This document shows, piece after piece, positions 15,812 to 24,168 of a DNA stretch of 59,357 nucleotides (its first letter is position 1; each line of letters starts with the position of its first letter). The stretch is from a virus (taxonomy: Duplodnaviria > Caudoviricetes). The stretch covers positions 1-59,357 of IMG/VR virus record IMGVR_UViG_3300033148_005636, one strand, 5' to 3'. Both the position numbers and the translations under genes were made by a program. The notes below the pieces were generated by a model, which saw only the letters and a program-made list of their open reading frames with translations, made no database searches and was not told where the DNA came from.

Positions 15812-16614
15812 CCTTTCTCCTCCTCGCGTGCGAGCCGATGCGCCTCGGTATCCTGTGCGTTCGGCGGCGCCTCGTCCGCCTGAAACATGGGCTGCTGCTT
15901 CGGCGCTACAATCTCGGCGGGCTCCCATAGCCGCCCCTGCGCTATCTCCTGCTCCAACCGCCGCGCCGCGAGTTCGCAGTACTCCTCGCTGATCTCGATG
16001 CCGACGCCCCGCCGCCCGAGGCGATAAGCGGCCACGAGCGTGGTGCCGGAACCGAGGAAGGGGTCGAACACTTGACCATCGGGTTGACAAGACAGCTCAC
16101 ACAGTTCTGACATGAGACCGATTGGCTTCTGTGTCGGATGATAACGCTCATTCGATGGCACAACGGGCCATTCGCTGAAGTTATGGCGGCAGTGTCCGCC
16201 ATAGTACGCCCCTGCCCGCTTACCCCATACTGCGAGCTCTACTGACGGTAATGGTAACAATTCCCCATTCATTACCGTGGGATTGGGCTTATGCCATATC
16301 CAGTACCGCGTCGAATAGCCCTGATCTTCGAGACCGTTCACGAGGGGAGAAAGCTGTGTCTCGTGACAGAAACTTACGACGGTTCCCGCAACGCACCGTG
16401 CGCACTCCAGTAGGACTGTAGTTGGGTCCCCACAAGTGTCCCACTCGCCATAGTGCAACCGCCGAAGTCCGTTATCCCGTTGGCTGAGGAGATAGGGAAT
16501 GTCCGTCAGGCACAGGTCGAACTCCTCGCCCAGCGCGGGCATTACCTCCAAGCAGTCCCCGTGGTAGATGCGCAGGCCGTGCGTTTCCGACACCCAGTAG
16601 GGCCTAATCGCCAT
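15808..16614 (-). CDS. DNA N4/N6 methyltransferase (beta class)
   Basis: IYHGDCLEVM, motif IV variant TDIPY, HPTQKP, motif I FDPFLGSGTT, and GIEISEEYC. Confidence 0.92.
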   Translation of the reverse strand: MAIRPYWVSETHGLRIYHGDCLEVMPALGEEFDLCLTDIPYLLSQRDNGLRRLHYGEWDTCGDPTTVLLECARCVAGTVVSFCHETQLSPLVNGLEDQGYSTRYWIWHKPNPTVMNGELLPLPSVELAVWGKRAGAYYGGHCRHNFSEWPVVPSNERYHPTQKPIGLMSELCELSCQPDGQVFDPFLGSGTTLVAAYRLGRRGVGIEISEEYCELAARRLEQEIAQGRLWEPAEIVAPKQQPMFQADEAPPNAQDTEAHRLAREEEKG

Positions 16615-17941
16615 CCCCCACGCCCTCCTTCGGGATGAGCCGCCGCGCCTTCGTCTCGGGCGCGTTCGGGAATGGGTCGTCCTCCTCGTCCCACTCCACG
16701 GGCGGCTCGGCATCCGGCGGCGTCTCGTCCTGCGGCCCGTCGTCCGCCTCCGGCTCCTCGCTGAACTCCGCGTCGGTGGCCTCCCCGTCGCCCTCCAGCG
16801 AGGCAATCTGTCGCACCAGGTCCTCCGGGTCGGCCTCCGCGACGAAGCTGTCAATCGCGGCGTCAGTCCAGCCCGCTTCCGTCGCGACCGCCCGGAACCG
16901 CTCCTCCATGAAGTCGCCAATGCTGGGCTCGCCGCCCGCGGCCAGATCGTGTTCGCCGACGAATGCGTCCGTGTACTCCGCCTCGGTCTCCTCGATTACG
17001 CCATCCAGCATCTTGAGGTGCGACGCCAGTTCGCGTTGCGCCTCCACGCTCTCCCTCAACGCCCGCGCCTTCGCCTCGCCGAGCGCCGGGAGTTCACGCC
17101 ACGGCACCGCAGGCTCAAAGTGCACGACGCCGAGATGCTGCATCCCCATCGGCGTCCTCAGCCTCGGGAACTCCAGCACGAGCTTGAGGGGCAGCCCCGC
17201 GATGACGCCCCCGGCCATGTCGCGGATTTCCTCCCACGACCGCATCAGCCCTGCTGAACTGTACCAGCTCGGCGTGCTGAAGAATGCCCGCGGCGACTCG
17301 TCCTCCACGAACGGGAGCAGCAGCGGCACGACACAGTGGATGCCGCACAGCTTCCGCCCCTCCTCCACGACCTTCTCGCTGGGCCACGCGCCGTAGGCGT
17401 CGCGGTACTCCACGCGCCCCGCGTGGTCCCAGCGCCCTTGAGCGAACGCGCAGGTATGGGGGTCGCACGGGACCTGAACCTTCTCCAGCGGCACGGGATA
17501 GTGGTGCGGTGGCGGCCCCTGTCGCCACCGCGTCCGCGTCGCGGTGCCGACGAAGTATGCTGGGCCAGCGTTCTCCCAGCCGCCCGCCGGCGGGTAGGGA
17601 AGCCCCTGCTGCTCGCAGGTCTCGGGGCTCTTCTGCATCCACCTCCCACAGCGGCACACGTTGCGGTTGTTCGAGCCCCACGCCGCCAGTTCCGTGAAGA
17701 CCGCTCGCTCCAGTTCCTGATACGGGCTGATGACCGGGCACCACTGCGGCTTGTCCGTCCCCGTGATTTCGCACAGCCGGGCCTGGAGGTCCGGGTGCAC
17801 GACCCAGACTTCCTTGGCCCGGTCGTAATAGCGAATCGTGATGTAATCCATAGCCCGCGGCGGGCCGGTCTTCGACTTCCGCTCTCCGATGCTGACCTTC
17901 CACGTCGGCAGCACCGGCCCTCTGCGTCCAGGCAGGGCCAT
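16604..17941 (-). CDS. Gp3-like (recombination directionality factor-like) protein with acidic tail
   Basis: KVSIGER...PRAMDYI N-terminus, Cys clusters, STPSWYS...AGLPLKL; located near the exonuclease. Confidence 0.6.
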   Translation of the reverse strand: MALPGRRGPVLPTWKVSIGERKSKTGPPRAMDYITIRYYDRAKEVWVVHPDLQARLCEITGTDKPQWCPVISPYQELERAVFTELAAWGSNNRNVCRCGRWMQKSPETCEQQGLPYPPAGGWENAGPAYFVGTATRTRWRQGPPPHHYPVPLEKVQVPCDPHTCAFAQGRWDHAGRVEYRDAYGAWPSEKVVEEGRKLCGIHCVVPLLLPFVEDESPRAFFSTPSWYSSAGLMRSWEEIRDMAGGVIAGLPLKLVLEFPRLRTPMGMQHLGVVHFEPAVPWRELPALGEAKARALRESVEAQRELASHLKMLDGVIEETEAEYTDAFVGEHDLAAGGEPSIGDFMEERFRAVATEAGWTDAAIDSFVAEADPEDLVRQIASLEGDGEATDAEFSEEPEADDGPQDETPPDAEPPVEWDEEDDPFPNAPETKARRLIPKEGVGDGD

Positions 17942-17942
17942 A

Positions 17943-18296
17943 TCAGATCACCCTCTCGATGCAGCCGGGCCAATCGCCGTTCGCCCAGCGCTTCGCGATG
18001 GCGACTGCCTCGTCGTCGGGCTTGAGATTCTCGGCCTTACACAGCTCCTCCCGCCAATTCGGCCCGAAGCGGACGCGGCAGAGGGCCTCACCCCACGTCA
18101 GCAGTTCTCCGGCATCGGGCTGGCCCGCCGCTACTCGCGCGTCATGCCGTCCGCGCTCGTGTGGGTACTTATGCTCCATGTAGTCTATCCACCCGCACAC
18201 CAGCCGAGCATTGCTGTGCCGTATGTAGCCATAGTGCCTCGCGAGCAACAGAACGCCCTCCCACCCCTCGGGCACGGTGCTTGCCTTGTTCGGCAT
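17943..18296 (-). CDS. Hypothetical protein
   Basis: GAGAGGA RBS before MPNK; fits the tiling. Confidence 0.5.
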   Translation of the reverse strand: MPNKASTVPEGWEGVLLLARHYGYIRHSNARLVCGWIDYMEHKYPHERGRHDARVAAGQPDAGELLTWGEALCRVRFGPNWREELCKAENLKPDDEAVAIAKRWANGDWPGCIERVI

Positions 18297-18297
18297 G

Positions 18298-18591
18298 TCA
18301 GTCCTCTCCCTTCTCACTGTCGGGCGCAGACCCCTTCGCGGGCGGCGTCGCGCCCCCCATCTCTGCCGCTATGCGCGCGGCCAACTTGGCCGCGTGCACG
18401 ATCAAGAGCTCCCCCGCCGCGCTCAGGTCGGCGGGTGAGAAGCCGTAGAGCGTTACGACATCGCTATTCGCGCCGTGGATGGTCACCCGACTGTACGGGT
18501 TGTGCAGGTCATCGAGTCCTACCATGATGTCGGCCTCAACCCGCAACCTGTCCTCGCTCCCGTGTGCGTGCATCGACACGTTCATGTTCAT
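18298..18591 (-). CDS. Hypothetical protein
   Basis: MNMNVSMH...; ATGA overlap. Confidence 0.55.
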   Translation of the reverse strand: MNMNVSMHAHGSEDRLRVEADIMVGLDDLHNPYSRVTIHGANSDVVTLYGFSPADLSAAGELLIVHAAKLAARIAAEMGGATPPAKGSAPDSEKGED

Positions 18592-18962
18592 CTCTCCTCT
18601 CGCTCCATTATCTCCTTCAGTCTCGCGTCGGCCTCCCGACAAACTGCCTCCGCCGCACGCAGCACATCCTCCGCGAACTCGTCGGCGAAGTCCATCGCCA
18701 CTTCGCGGAGGGCACTATGCAGCCACTCTCGCGCCACGCTCGCATGGTACAACGGGCCCCCGCGCGGCCCCAGCAGCCGATCAAGGCCGCTTTCGAGGTT
18801 GTCGAGCTGCTCGTCGGTAGCACCATCCCCGACCCGCTCCACCACCTCCGCCAGCAGCACCTCCGTGAGCAGCGTCCTCGCCGAGGTGAGCCGGTCAAGC
18901 ATCTCACCCGCATCGCGCAACAGCCGACGCCGGTACTCCTCAACATCCGGGCGCTCATTCAT
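18588..18962 (-). CDS. Hypothetical helical protein
   Basis: Tiling and composition. Confidence 0.6.
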   Translation of the reverse strand: MNERPDVEEYRRRLLRDAGEMLDRLTSARTLLTEVLLAEVVERVGDGATDEQLDNLESGLDRLLGPRGGPLYHASVAREWLHSALREVAMDFADEFAEDVLRAAEAVCREADARLKEIMEREER

Positions 18963-19263
18963 TGCCACACACCGTCCCTTCCAGCGCTTCCTCTATCAGC
19001 CGCTCGCGCAGGGCCTGTCCGTGGGGCGTCTCCAGCATCAGGTCACGCAGCAGGCCGTCGGCCTTCCGAGACCCGTACCGCTTGCCCCAGAATCGCAGGA
19101 GCGCGGCCACCAACTCCTCAACCCCGACAGAGCCCGCCTGCCGCAGAGCATCCTCCAGGTCGGCGTCGTAGTCCCCGTCGGCGATGGCCGCGTCCACCTT
19201 CTCGATCACCGGCGAGTAATCCGCCGGTTCGCCCGTCTTCCACGCATCGTACTTGCTGGTCAT
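18955..19263 (-). CDS. Hypothetical protein
   Basis: YDAWKT start seen in phage early proteins; ATGA overlap. Confidence 0.6.
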   Translation of the reverse strand: MTSKYDAWKTGEPADYSPVIEKVDAAIADGDYDADLEDALRQAGSVGVEELVAALLRFWGKRYGSRKADGLLRDLMLETPHGQALRERLIEEALEGTVCGNE

Positions 19264-19580
19264 CGCTCGACCGCCTCTTCGATGAGTCGCGGCTGCGCCA
19301 GTTGGGGGTGCGCCGCATCAAGCGCGTCGATGGTCTCAAGGATGCCGCGCAGCCGAGCCACGAGTTGCGCCCGCGTCTGCCGCGCCTGAGCCTCTGTGCG
19401 GATGATGTAATACCCGCCCTCAGAAGCAGCGCCGATCAGGTATCCGTGGCGGCGCAGTTCGCGCACGGCATCGATGACCTGCCGCCACGGGATGTCCGTC
19501 TTGCGGGCAATGACTTTCGAGCGGACGGGGCCGCGCTCGATACGGAGGACAGCGAGCACGGCGTGTGCATGTCGGGTCAT
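19260..19580 (-). CDS. Winged helix-turn-helix DNA-binding protein
   Basis: SKVIARKTDIPWRQVIDAVRELRRHGYLIGA...GYY. Confidence 0.75.
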   Translation of the reverse strand: MTRHAHAVLAVLRIERGPVRSKVIARKTDIPWRQVIDAVRELRRHGYLIGAASEGGYYIIRTEAQARQTRAQLVARLRGILETIDALDAAHPQLAQPRLIEEAVER

Positions 19581-19828
19581 CGCGGCCACCTCCGCTCGCT
19601 GTCCGCGAACCGCGCGTCGGCCCACTCGATGGCGTCGCGCGCAAACGCCCGCGCCAGTTCACTGCATCCGTGCGCGACTTCCCGCGCGCACCACACGATG
19701 CCTCGTCCCACCGCCGCGCAGCAGGCGTAGAAGCGCTCGCAGGCCTCCGGCCACTGCAACTCGATGAACAGCCAGATGACCGCGATCAGGAACCCAACGG
19801 CTCCACAGAGGCTCACTGTCTCAATCAT
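19577..19828 (-). CDS. Hypothetical membrane protein
   Basis: N-terminal TM helix. Confidence 0.5.
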   Translation of the reverse strand: MIETVSLCGAVGFLIAVIWLFIELQWPEACERFYACCAAVGRGIVWCAREVAHGCSELARAFARDAIEWADARFADSERRWPR

Positions 19829-20051
19829 CCCCGCCGCCCCCTCCGCCTGCCTGCGCCCGCGCGCGGTGGAGCAGCTCGTGCTCCTCGATTATCATCCGCA
19901 ACGCCGCCGACTGATTCGGCGGGTTGAACTGCTGTGCCACGCGCCGGATGTACTCCATGTGTCGCGGCTGCAACGAGTATCCCCTCCCGGCGAATCCCCC
20001 ATTGCCCGTCTCCTGCCTGCGCTCCATCTTCACTCCTCCCTTCGTCGCCAT
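19821..20051 (-). CDS. Ribbon-helix-helix regulator
   Basis: GYSL...MEYIRRVA...NQSAALRMIIEE; the true start may be MERRQ. Confidence 0.6.
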   Translation of the reverse strand: MATKGGVKMERRQETGNGGFAGRGYSLQPRHMEYIRRVAQQFNPPNQSAALRMIIEEHELLHRARAQAGGGGGGDD

Positions 20052-20378
20052 TTACGACTGCCGCCACATCGCTTCGTCTGCGTCCGCCTCCCGCCATGCC
20101 GCTACCGCCTTCTCCGCCGCCGCCCTCTTCTCCGTGCGGTTCAGCCCCCTCCAGACCCGCGCCGCCTCGATACTGAAACCATCCCGGAACGCGCTGAGCA
20201 CATTTCGAGGGCTGTAGTCCGCCGCGTCTGCGAGCACGGTCTGCGCCATCTCGTCGAGGTCCTCGACCATCTCTGCCACCGCGCGCTCGGGGTCGCGCGG
20301 GATGAAGAACCCGATGACCTCGTGCGCGAGCACATCCAGCAGCGTCTCAGCCGCCTTTTCATCTGTCACGCCGGTCAC
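20052..20378 (-). CDS. Hypothetical early protein
   Basis: AAAGGAGG upstream; tiling. Confidence 0.6.
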   Translation of the reverse strand: MTGVTDEKAAETLLDVLAHEVIGFFIPRDPERAVAEMVEDLDEMAQTVLADAADYSPRNVLSAFRDGFSIEAARVWRGLNRTEKRAAAEKAVAAWREADADEAMWRQS

Positions 20379-20394
20379 CTCCTTTCGTTGCGAC

Positions 20395-20646
20395 CTACTC
20401 CGGCCAGCACTCCGGCCACGATTCCATCACGTCCACCCCGTCCTCGGTCACCAGCACGCTCCAGTACTCCTGAGCGTACGGGATGCCCGTCGGCTCATGC
20501 ACGGGCCGGACGATCTCGATCAGGCCCGCCTCCTCCAGTTCGTGGAGGCTCTCCCACGGCCAGACCTCCAGGAAGTGCCTCCCGGCCTCGTCACGCGTCA
20601 CGATCCGCGCCAGGATGTACGCCCGCTCCTCGTCAGTCATCTCCAT
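20395..20646 (-). CDS. Hypothetical early protein
   Basis: GGGAGG RBS before MEMTDEE. Confidence 0.6.
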   Translation of the reverse strand: MEMTDEERAYILARIVTRDEAGRHFLEVWPWESLHELEEAGLIEIVRPVHEPTGIPYAQEYWSVLVTEDGVDVMESWPECWPE

Positions 20647-20995
20647 CGCCTCCCGTGCCTTCGCTTCGCTCCAGCACAACACTCTCCACGTAGCGCCTGC
20701 CCTGATGCAGGCCGCGCGAATGGAACGTCACCACCGCCTCAATCCCGCAGCCGCGATATGCCCGCATCTCGCGCGGCGCGCCATGATTGTCCCATGGGCG
20801 ATACCCCCCCACCGGCGCAAGCTCCCTAAGCGCGGCCAGCACAAGCTTGTTGCCGCGCGGCGATATAGGGCGGAAGCTACGCCGTGTCGCGTCGGCCACC
20901 CACCGCGTGCCGTCGTACTTTAGCTCCGTCTCGGCGTACCGCCACAGCTTTTCGAGCGCGCCGCCGGGCTTGGGCTTGTCGGCCATATCACTCAT
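20633..20995 (-). CDS. Hypothetical early protein
   Basis: CAGGAGG RBS before MSDMADK. Confidence 0.55.
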   Translation of the reverse strand: MSDMADKPKPGGALEKLWRYAETELKYDGTRWVADATRRSFRPISPRGNKLVLAALRELAPVGGYRPWDNHGAPREMRAYRGCGIEAVVTFHSRGLHQGRRYVESVVLERSEGTGGDGDD

Positions 20996-21066
20996 CGCAA
21001 TCGCCTCCTGATCCTGCCGTCTGACCGCACGCCACCGGGCACTCGTGAGCGCCCGGTAGCCTGCGG

Positions 21067-21411
21067 TCACAGTCCGTAGCTCAAGGCCTGCTTATATACC
21101 AGACTGCCAACCGCCACGATCTGCGCGCTGTCTATCATCACCACTTCGCCCCAACCCGGCTCCGATGTGTCCAGACCGGTCTGCCGCACGACGATGCTGT
21201 TCGCGTCGATGATGCGCTGAACGCGGCCTGCATGTTCGCGCTCGCCATCGTTGTACCTCTGCCGCCAGACTATCAGGCTTCCTGTCTGGTACTTGTCGGC
21301 GCCGGTCTTTGCCATTGCCGTCGCCTCCCACTCATCGAGATATTGCAGCGCGTCGTGGTCTCCCTCTGCGACTGCTGCCCGGCGATACTCCTCGCGCTCT
21401 GTCTGGGTCAT
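21067..21411 (-). CDS. Hypothetical early protein (SH3-like C-terminus)
   Basis: Shared RBS motif CAGGAGGGCGAGGAAGATG. Confidence 0.65.
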   Translation of the reverse strand: MTQTEREEYRRAAVAEGDHDALQYLDEWEATAMAKTGADKYQTGSLIVWRQRYNDGEREHAGRVQRIIDANSIVVRQTGLDTSEPGWGEVVMIDSAQIVAVGSLVYKQALSYGL

Positions 21412-21454
21412 CTTCCTCGCCCTCCTGTCAGCCGATCTTCCACTTCAGCCCGCT

Positions 21455-21718
21455 TCACCACCACTCGCAGCCCGCGTTGCATACCTCGATGCCCGCAGCC
21501 ATCCGTTCGTACAGGTCCGCCCACGCCTCTGCTTTGCCGCCCGGCGTATACAGCGCCACCAGTTCGTGCACGCCCTCTACCCAATGATGGCCGGGCGGTG
21601 CCTCGACGAGAATCTCGCCCTGGACCCCGCCAGCGTTCTCCCTCACCGTGGCCCCGAGGTCCTCCGCCATCGCCAGCACGTCCTGCCGTGTCACTCGTCG
21701 CCTCTTCGTCTCGGCCAT
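21455..21718 (-). CDS. Hypothetical early protein
   Basis: Same RBS motif. Confidence 0.65.
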   Translation of the reverse strand: MAETKRRRVTRQDVLAMAEDLGATVRENAGGVQGEILVEAPPGHHWVEGVHELVALYTPGGKAEAWADLYERMAAGIEVCNAGCEWW

Positions 21719-21769
21719 CTTCCTCGCCCTCCTGTCTCTGTCGTCGTCCGTGTCCGTCTCCAGCGTAGC

Positions 21770-22090
21770 TTAGCGCGGGCGCACCTTGAGATTCGCGGGA
21801 TGGAAGTACTCCGCGAGGCCCTGCTCCACCAAGGCGTCGAGCATCGCCTGAGCGGCCTCGGGCGTGGGGATGCCGTCGAACTCCTGCTCCCACCACTTGT
21901 GCTCGGGGTTCCAGGTGAAGCCTGCGGCCTTGAGCGCCTCCCGATGCGGGTAGGTGTCGCCCTCGATGCTCATGCGATAGGGCCACTCCGACCTTGTGCC
22001 ATCGAGTTCCAGGCGCTGCCCGGCGTGGCGGCCTATTCGTGCGCGAAGCGTGGGCTGAGCCTGCTCGGTTGTCGGGGTCGTCTCGGTCAT
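21770..22090 (-). CDS. Early protein with DUF5710-like motif
   Basis: GDTYPHREALKAAGFTWNPEHKWW. Confidence 0.7.
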   Translation of the reverse strand: MTETTPTTEQAQPTLRARIGRHAGQRLELDGTRSEWPYRMSIEGDTYPHREALKAAGFTWNPEHKWWEQEFDGIPTPEAAQAMLDALVEQGLAEYFHPANLKVRPR

Positions 22091-22132
22091 TTCTCTCGCC
22101 TCCTGCGTCTCTCTGTCCCTCGCGCCGAGGAT

Positions 22133-22161
22133 ATTCTACCACAGTGCGCAAGCCCTGTCAA
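22133..22161 (-). promoter_or_regulatory. Sigma70 early promoter
   Basis: TTGACA-17-TAGAAT with extended TG. Confidence 0.88.
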
Positions 22162-22196
22162 GCGTTGCGAGCGATTGCCAGGGATTTCCCCGGCGG

Positions 22197-22607
22197 TTAC
22201 CCGACCTTCCACTCTATCTCACTCGCGCGCAGCACCCGGTCCAGCGAGCCGTCGCGCCGGATGTAGATCGTGCCGTCGCTCCAAGCCGCGACCTCCCAGC
22301 CGCGACCGAGGCTGATCTGCGTCGCGCTGCCCGGCAACTGCCGCCCGATCCGGGCCAGCACCAGGCTCCACTCGTCGGGACTCAGGTAGAGCCGCTCGCC
22401 GCTGCCGGTGGTGATGATCGCCCAGACCGGCGTGATGTGCGTGTAGAACTCGTCGAGGCTGGCGGTGGTGCTGAACGTCCAGCCCAACCGCGCCGCTGCG
22501 ACCCGCGCCTCGCGCAGGCTCCACGGCGTCTCCTGGAGGTTGATGCTGCCGAGGTTCTGCATGACCGCGTATCGCCGGGTCGCCTGGATTTGCTCGGTCG
22601 TCAGCAT
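22197..22607 (-). CDS. Hypothetical early protein
   Basis: CAGGAGG RBS directly after a promoter. Confidence 0.7.
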   Translation of the reverse strand: MLTTEQIQATRRYAVMQNLGSINLQETPWSLREARVAAARLGWTFSTTASLDEFYTHITPVWAIITTGSGERLYLSPDEWSLVLARIGRQLPGSATQISLGRGWEVAAWSDGTIYIRRDGSLDRVLRASEIEWKVG

Positions 22608-22643
22608 CTCTCTCGCCTCCTGCGCGTGCCTCGTGTCGAGGGT

Positions 22644-22672
22644 ATTCTATCACGGCGCGCAATCGATGTCAA
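22644..22672 (-). promoter_or_regulatory. Sigma70 early promoter (duplicate of 22133-22161)
   Basis: TTGACA-17-TAGAAT; same upstream GGCAATCGCTC(G/T)CAACGC. Confidence 0.88.
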
Positions 22673-22749
22673 GCGTTGAGAGCGATTGCCGGCAGATTTT
22701 TTTTCGAGGGCGGGCAGGGGCGCGCGGGGGGGGGCGGGAGGAAACAGCG

Positions 22750-22882
22750 GAGGCGCCCGCCGTGCTGAGCGGACGCCTCGAATGCTGCTTGCCCTTAGCC
22801 ATCGCAGTCGATGGGGCTCAGCCTGCATCCTTGCCTTTCGGCTCTGCGCCGCGATGACATAGGCGGGAGGGCACAGCGCCCG
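22750..22882 (-). ncRNA. Candidate structured small RNA
   Basis: Follows a consensus promoter with no RBS-led ORF. Hairpins GGCGGG/CCCGCC, GCC-GAAA-GGC, CCATCG/CGATGG nested in GCCC/GGGC and GGATGC/GCATTC, and GAGGCGTCCGC/GCGGGCGCCTC. Confidence 0.5.
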
Positions 22883-22887
22883 CCGGC

Positions 22888-22915
22888 ATTATAGCAGGGC
22901 AGGCCGTCCTGTCAA
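22888..22915 (-). promoter_or_regulatory. Sigma70 promoter
   Basis: TTGACA-16-TATAAT with extended TG. Confidence 0.8.
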
Positions 22916-22967
22916 CAGCCAGCCTGCGCCACTCCACGCGCGCGGCACGTGCAGCGGTCGCGGAACG

Positions 22968-23408
22968 TTATCCGCCAGTCATCATTGGATCGTCGCGCGC
23001 GACCACCTCGGGCACGGGCTCCTGCACCGGATGGATACGCACGGTCTCATAGGCGACCACGGCGCGCAGGATCGCCAGCCAGGTCTCCTCGCAGAACGGG
23101 CCGTCCGGCAGGTCGTTGCCGCGCGTCCACCACTCACCAGCACGTGGCTTGCGCGACGAGGCCACACAGCCGAGGTAGTCCGGCGTCGCGACGACCGCGT
23201 ACTTGTTCGTCTCGGTGTAGAAGTAGAGCCGCCAGCGGTCGGTGCCCAGCGAGTCCGACTGGTTGTGCTGGCTCGGGCCACGCACCAGGTCGTAAGTGAA
23301 CCGATGACCCAGTTGTGCACACCACGTCCTCAACTGCTGCTCCACTGCGGCCAGGTCCGTCTCGGTGTACTTCGGCACTTCGCTGATCGTCTGGTCCTCG
23401 GGCGTCAT
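22968..23408 (-). CDS. Hypothetical protein
   Basis: GGGAGGTG RBS before MTPEDQ; YLGC...RKPRAGEWWTRGNDLPDG block. Confidence 0.7.
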   Translation of the reverse strand: MTPEDQTISEVPKYTETDLAAVEQQLRTWCAQLGHRFTYDLVRGPSQHNQSDSLGTDRWRLYFYTETNKYAVVATPDYLGCVASSRKPRAGEWWTRGNDLPDGPFCEETWLAILRAVVAYETVRIHPVQEPVPEVVARDDPMMTGG

Positions 23409-23479
23409 AACGACACCTCCCGTCGATGATGACCGCGGCGCATAACGCGCCAGCGGATGCGAACCGTCTTCAAAAGCTG

Positions 23480-23568
23480 TGGTGCCCAGGGTGGGACTCG
23501 AACCCACATCCCCGAAGGGCATTACGGGCCAAATGGCTCCAAGCGTCTACCAATTCCGCCACCTAGGC
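23480..23568 (-). tRNA. tRNA-Leu-like gene with non-canonical anticodon arm (anticodon undetermined)
   Basis: Acceptor GCCTAGG/CCTGGGC-A-CCA, D arm GGCGGAATTGGTAGACGC, variable arm CCC-TTCG-GGG, T arm GTGGG-TTCGAGT-CCCAC. Confidence 0.8.
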
Positions 23569-23620
23569 ACCTGGTCTTTCTGCACTTCTGCGCAATCCGG
23601 CCATGTAGCCGGCTCGCCCA

Positions 23621-23896
23621 CTATTGCGCTCGCGTAACTTCCCGCGCCACGTGGTACGCGCCGAACGCACTCAGCGCCGCCGCAAGCGCCGCAGGCCAGT
23701 TGCCGGTCGTGGCGTACGCCGACAGCCCGGCACCCACGGCAATCAGCACGCGCTTGACGTTGTTGGGCACAATCGCCAACCCCGGCGCAATGCGCTGCAC
23801 AAGCGCCACGATCGCGCTCGTGGCCAGGCCGATCAGCGCCGCCTGTCCCGCCGCATCCAGCGCGAGCCACCATTCAGTAAACTGTTCCATCTGCAT
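23621..23896 (-). CDS. Holin-like membrane protein
   Basis: Two to three TM helices at the end of the late operon. Confidence 0.6.
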   Translation of the reverse strand: MQMEQFTEWWLALDAAGQAALIGLATSAIVALVQRIAPGLAIVPNNVKRVLIAVGAGLSAYATTGNWPAALAAALSAFGAYHVAREVTRAQ

Positions 23897-23903
23897 CGCC
23901 CTC

Positions 23904-24146
23904 CTAACTGAAAATGAGCCGCATCACGACCTGCACGATACCCGCCCCCAGGACGGCACCGAGTGCCGCCCACGCGCCTATGCGCGCGCGCATCGTCGCC
24001 ACCTCCATCTCGACTTTCGGTAGAGCGATTTCCAGGCGCGCCAGTCTGCCGTCGATGTTGCCCAGGTCGTCTTTCAGGGCCGTCATGCGTTCATCGAGCC
24101 GTTGGCCCAGCAGACAGCGGCTGCCGTTGGTGTACTCGGCGGTCAT
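23904..24146 (-). CDS. Coiled-coil plus C-terminal TM protein (XhlA-like lysis accessory)
   Basis: Heptads followed by WAALGAVLGAGIVQVV. Confidence 0.55.
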   Translation of the reverse strand: MTAEYTNGSRCLLGQRLDERMTALKDDLGNIDGRLARLEIALPKVEMEVATMRARIGAWAALGAVLGAGIVQVVMRLIFS

Positions 24147-24168
24147 CGTGTCCTCCCTGGTGCGACAG

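Noticed and set aside
15808-16920. Long upstream extensions on several ORF-track calls (16920, 1654, 47114, 52026, 31582, 30188)
   Set aside because: They overlap upstream genes; downstream starts with an RBS and family-typical N-termini were used instead.
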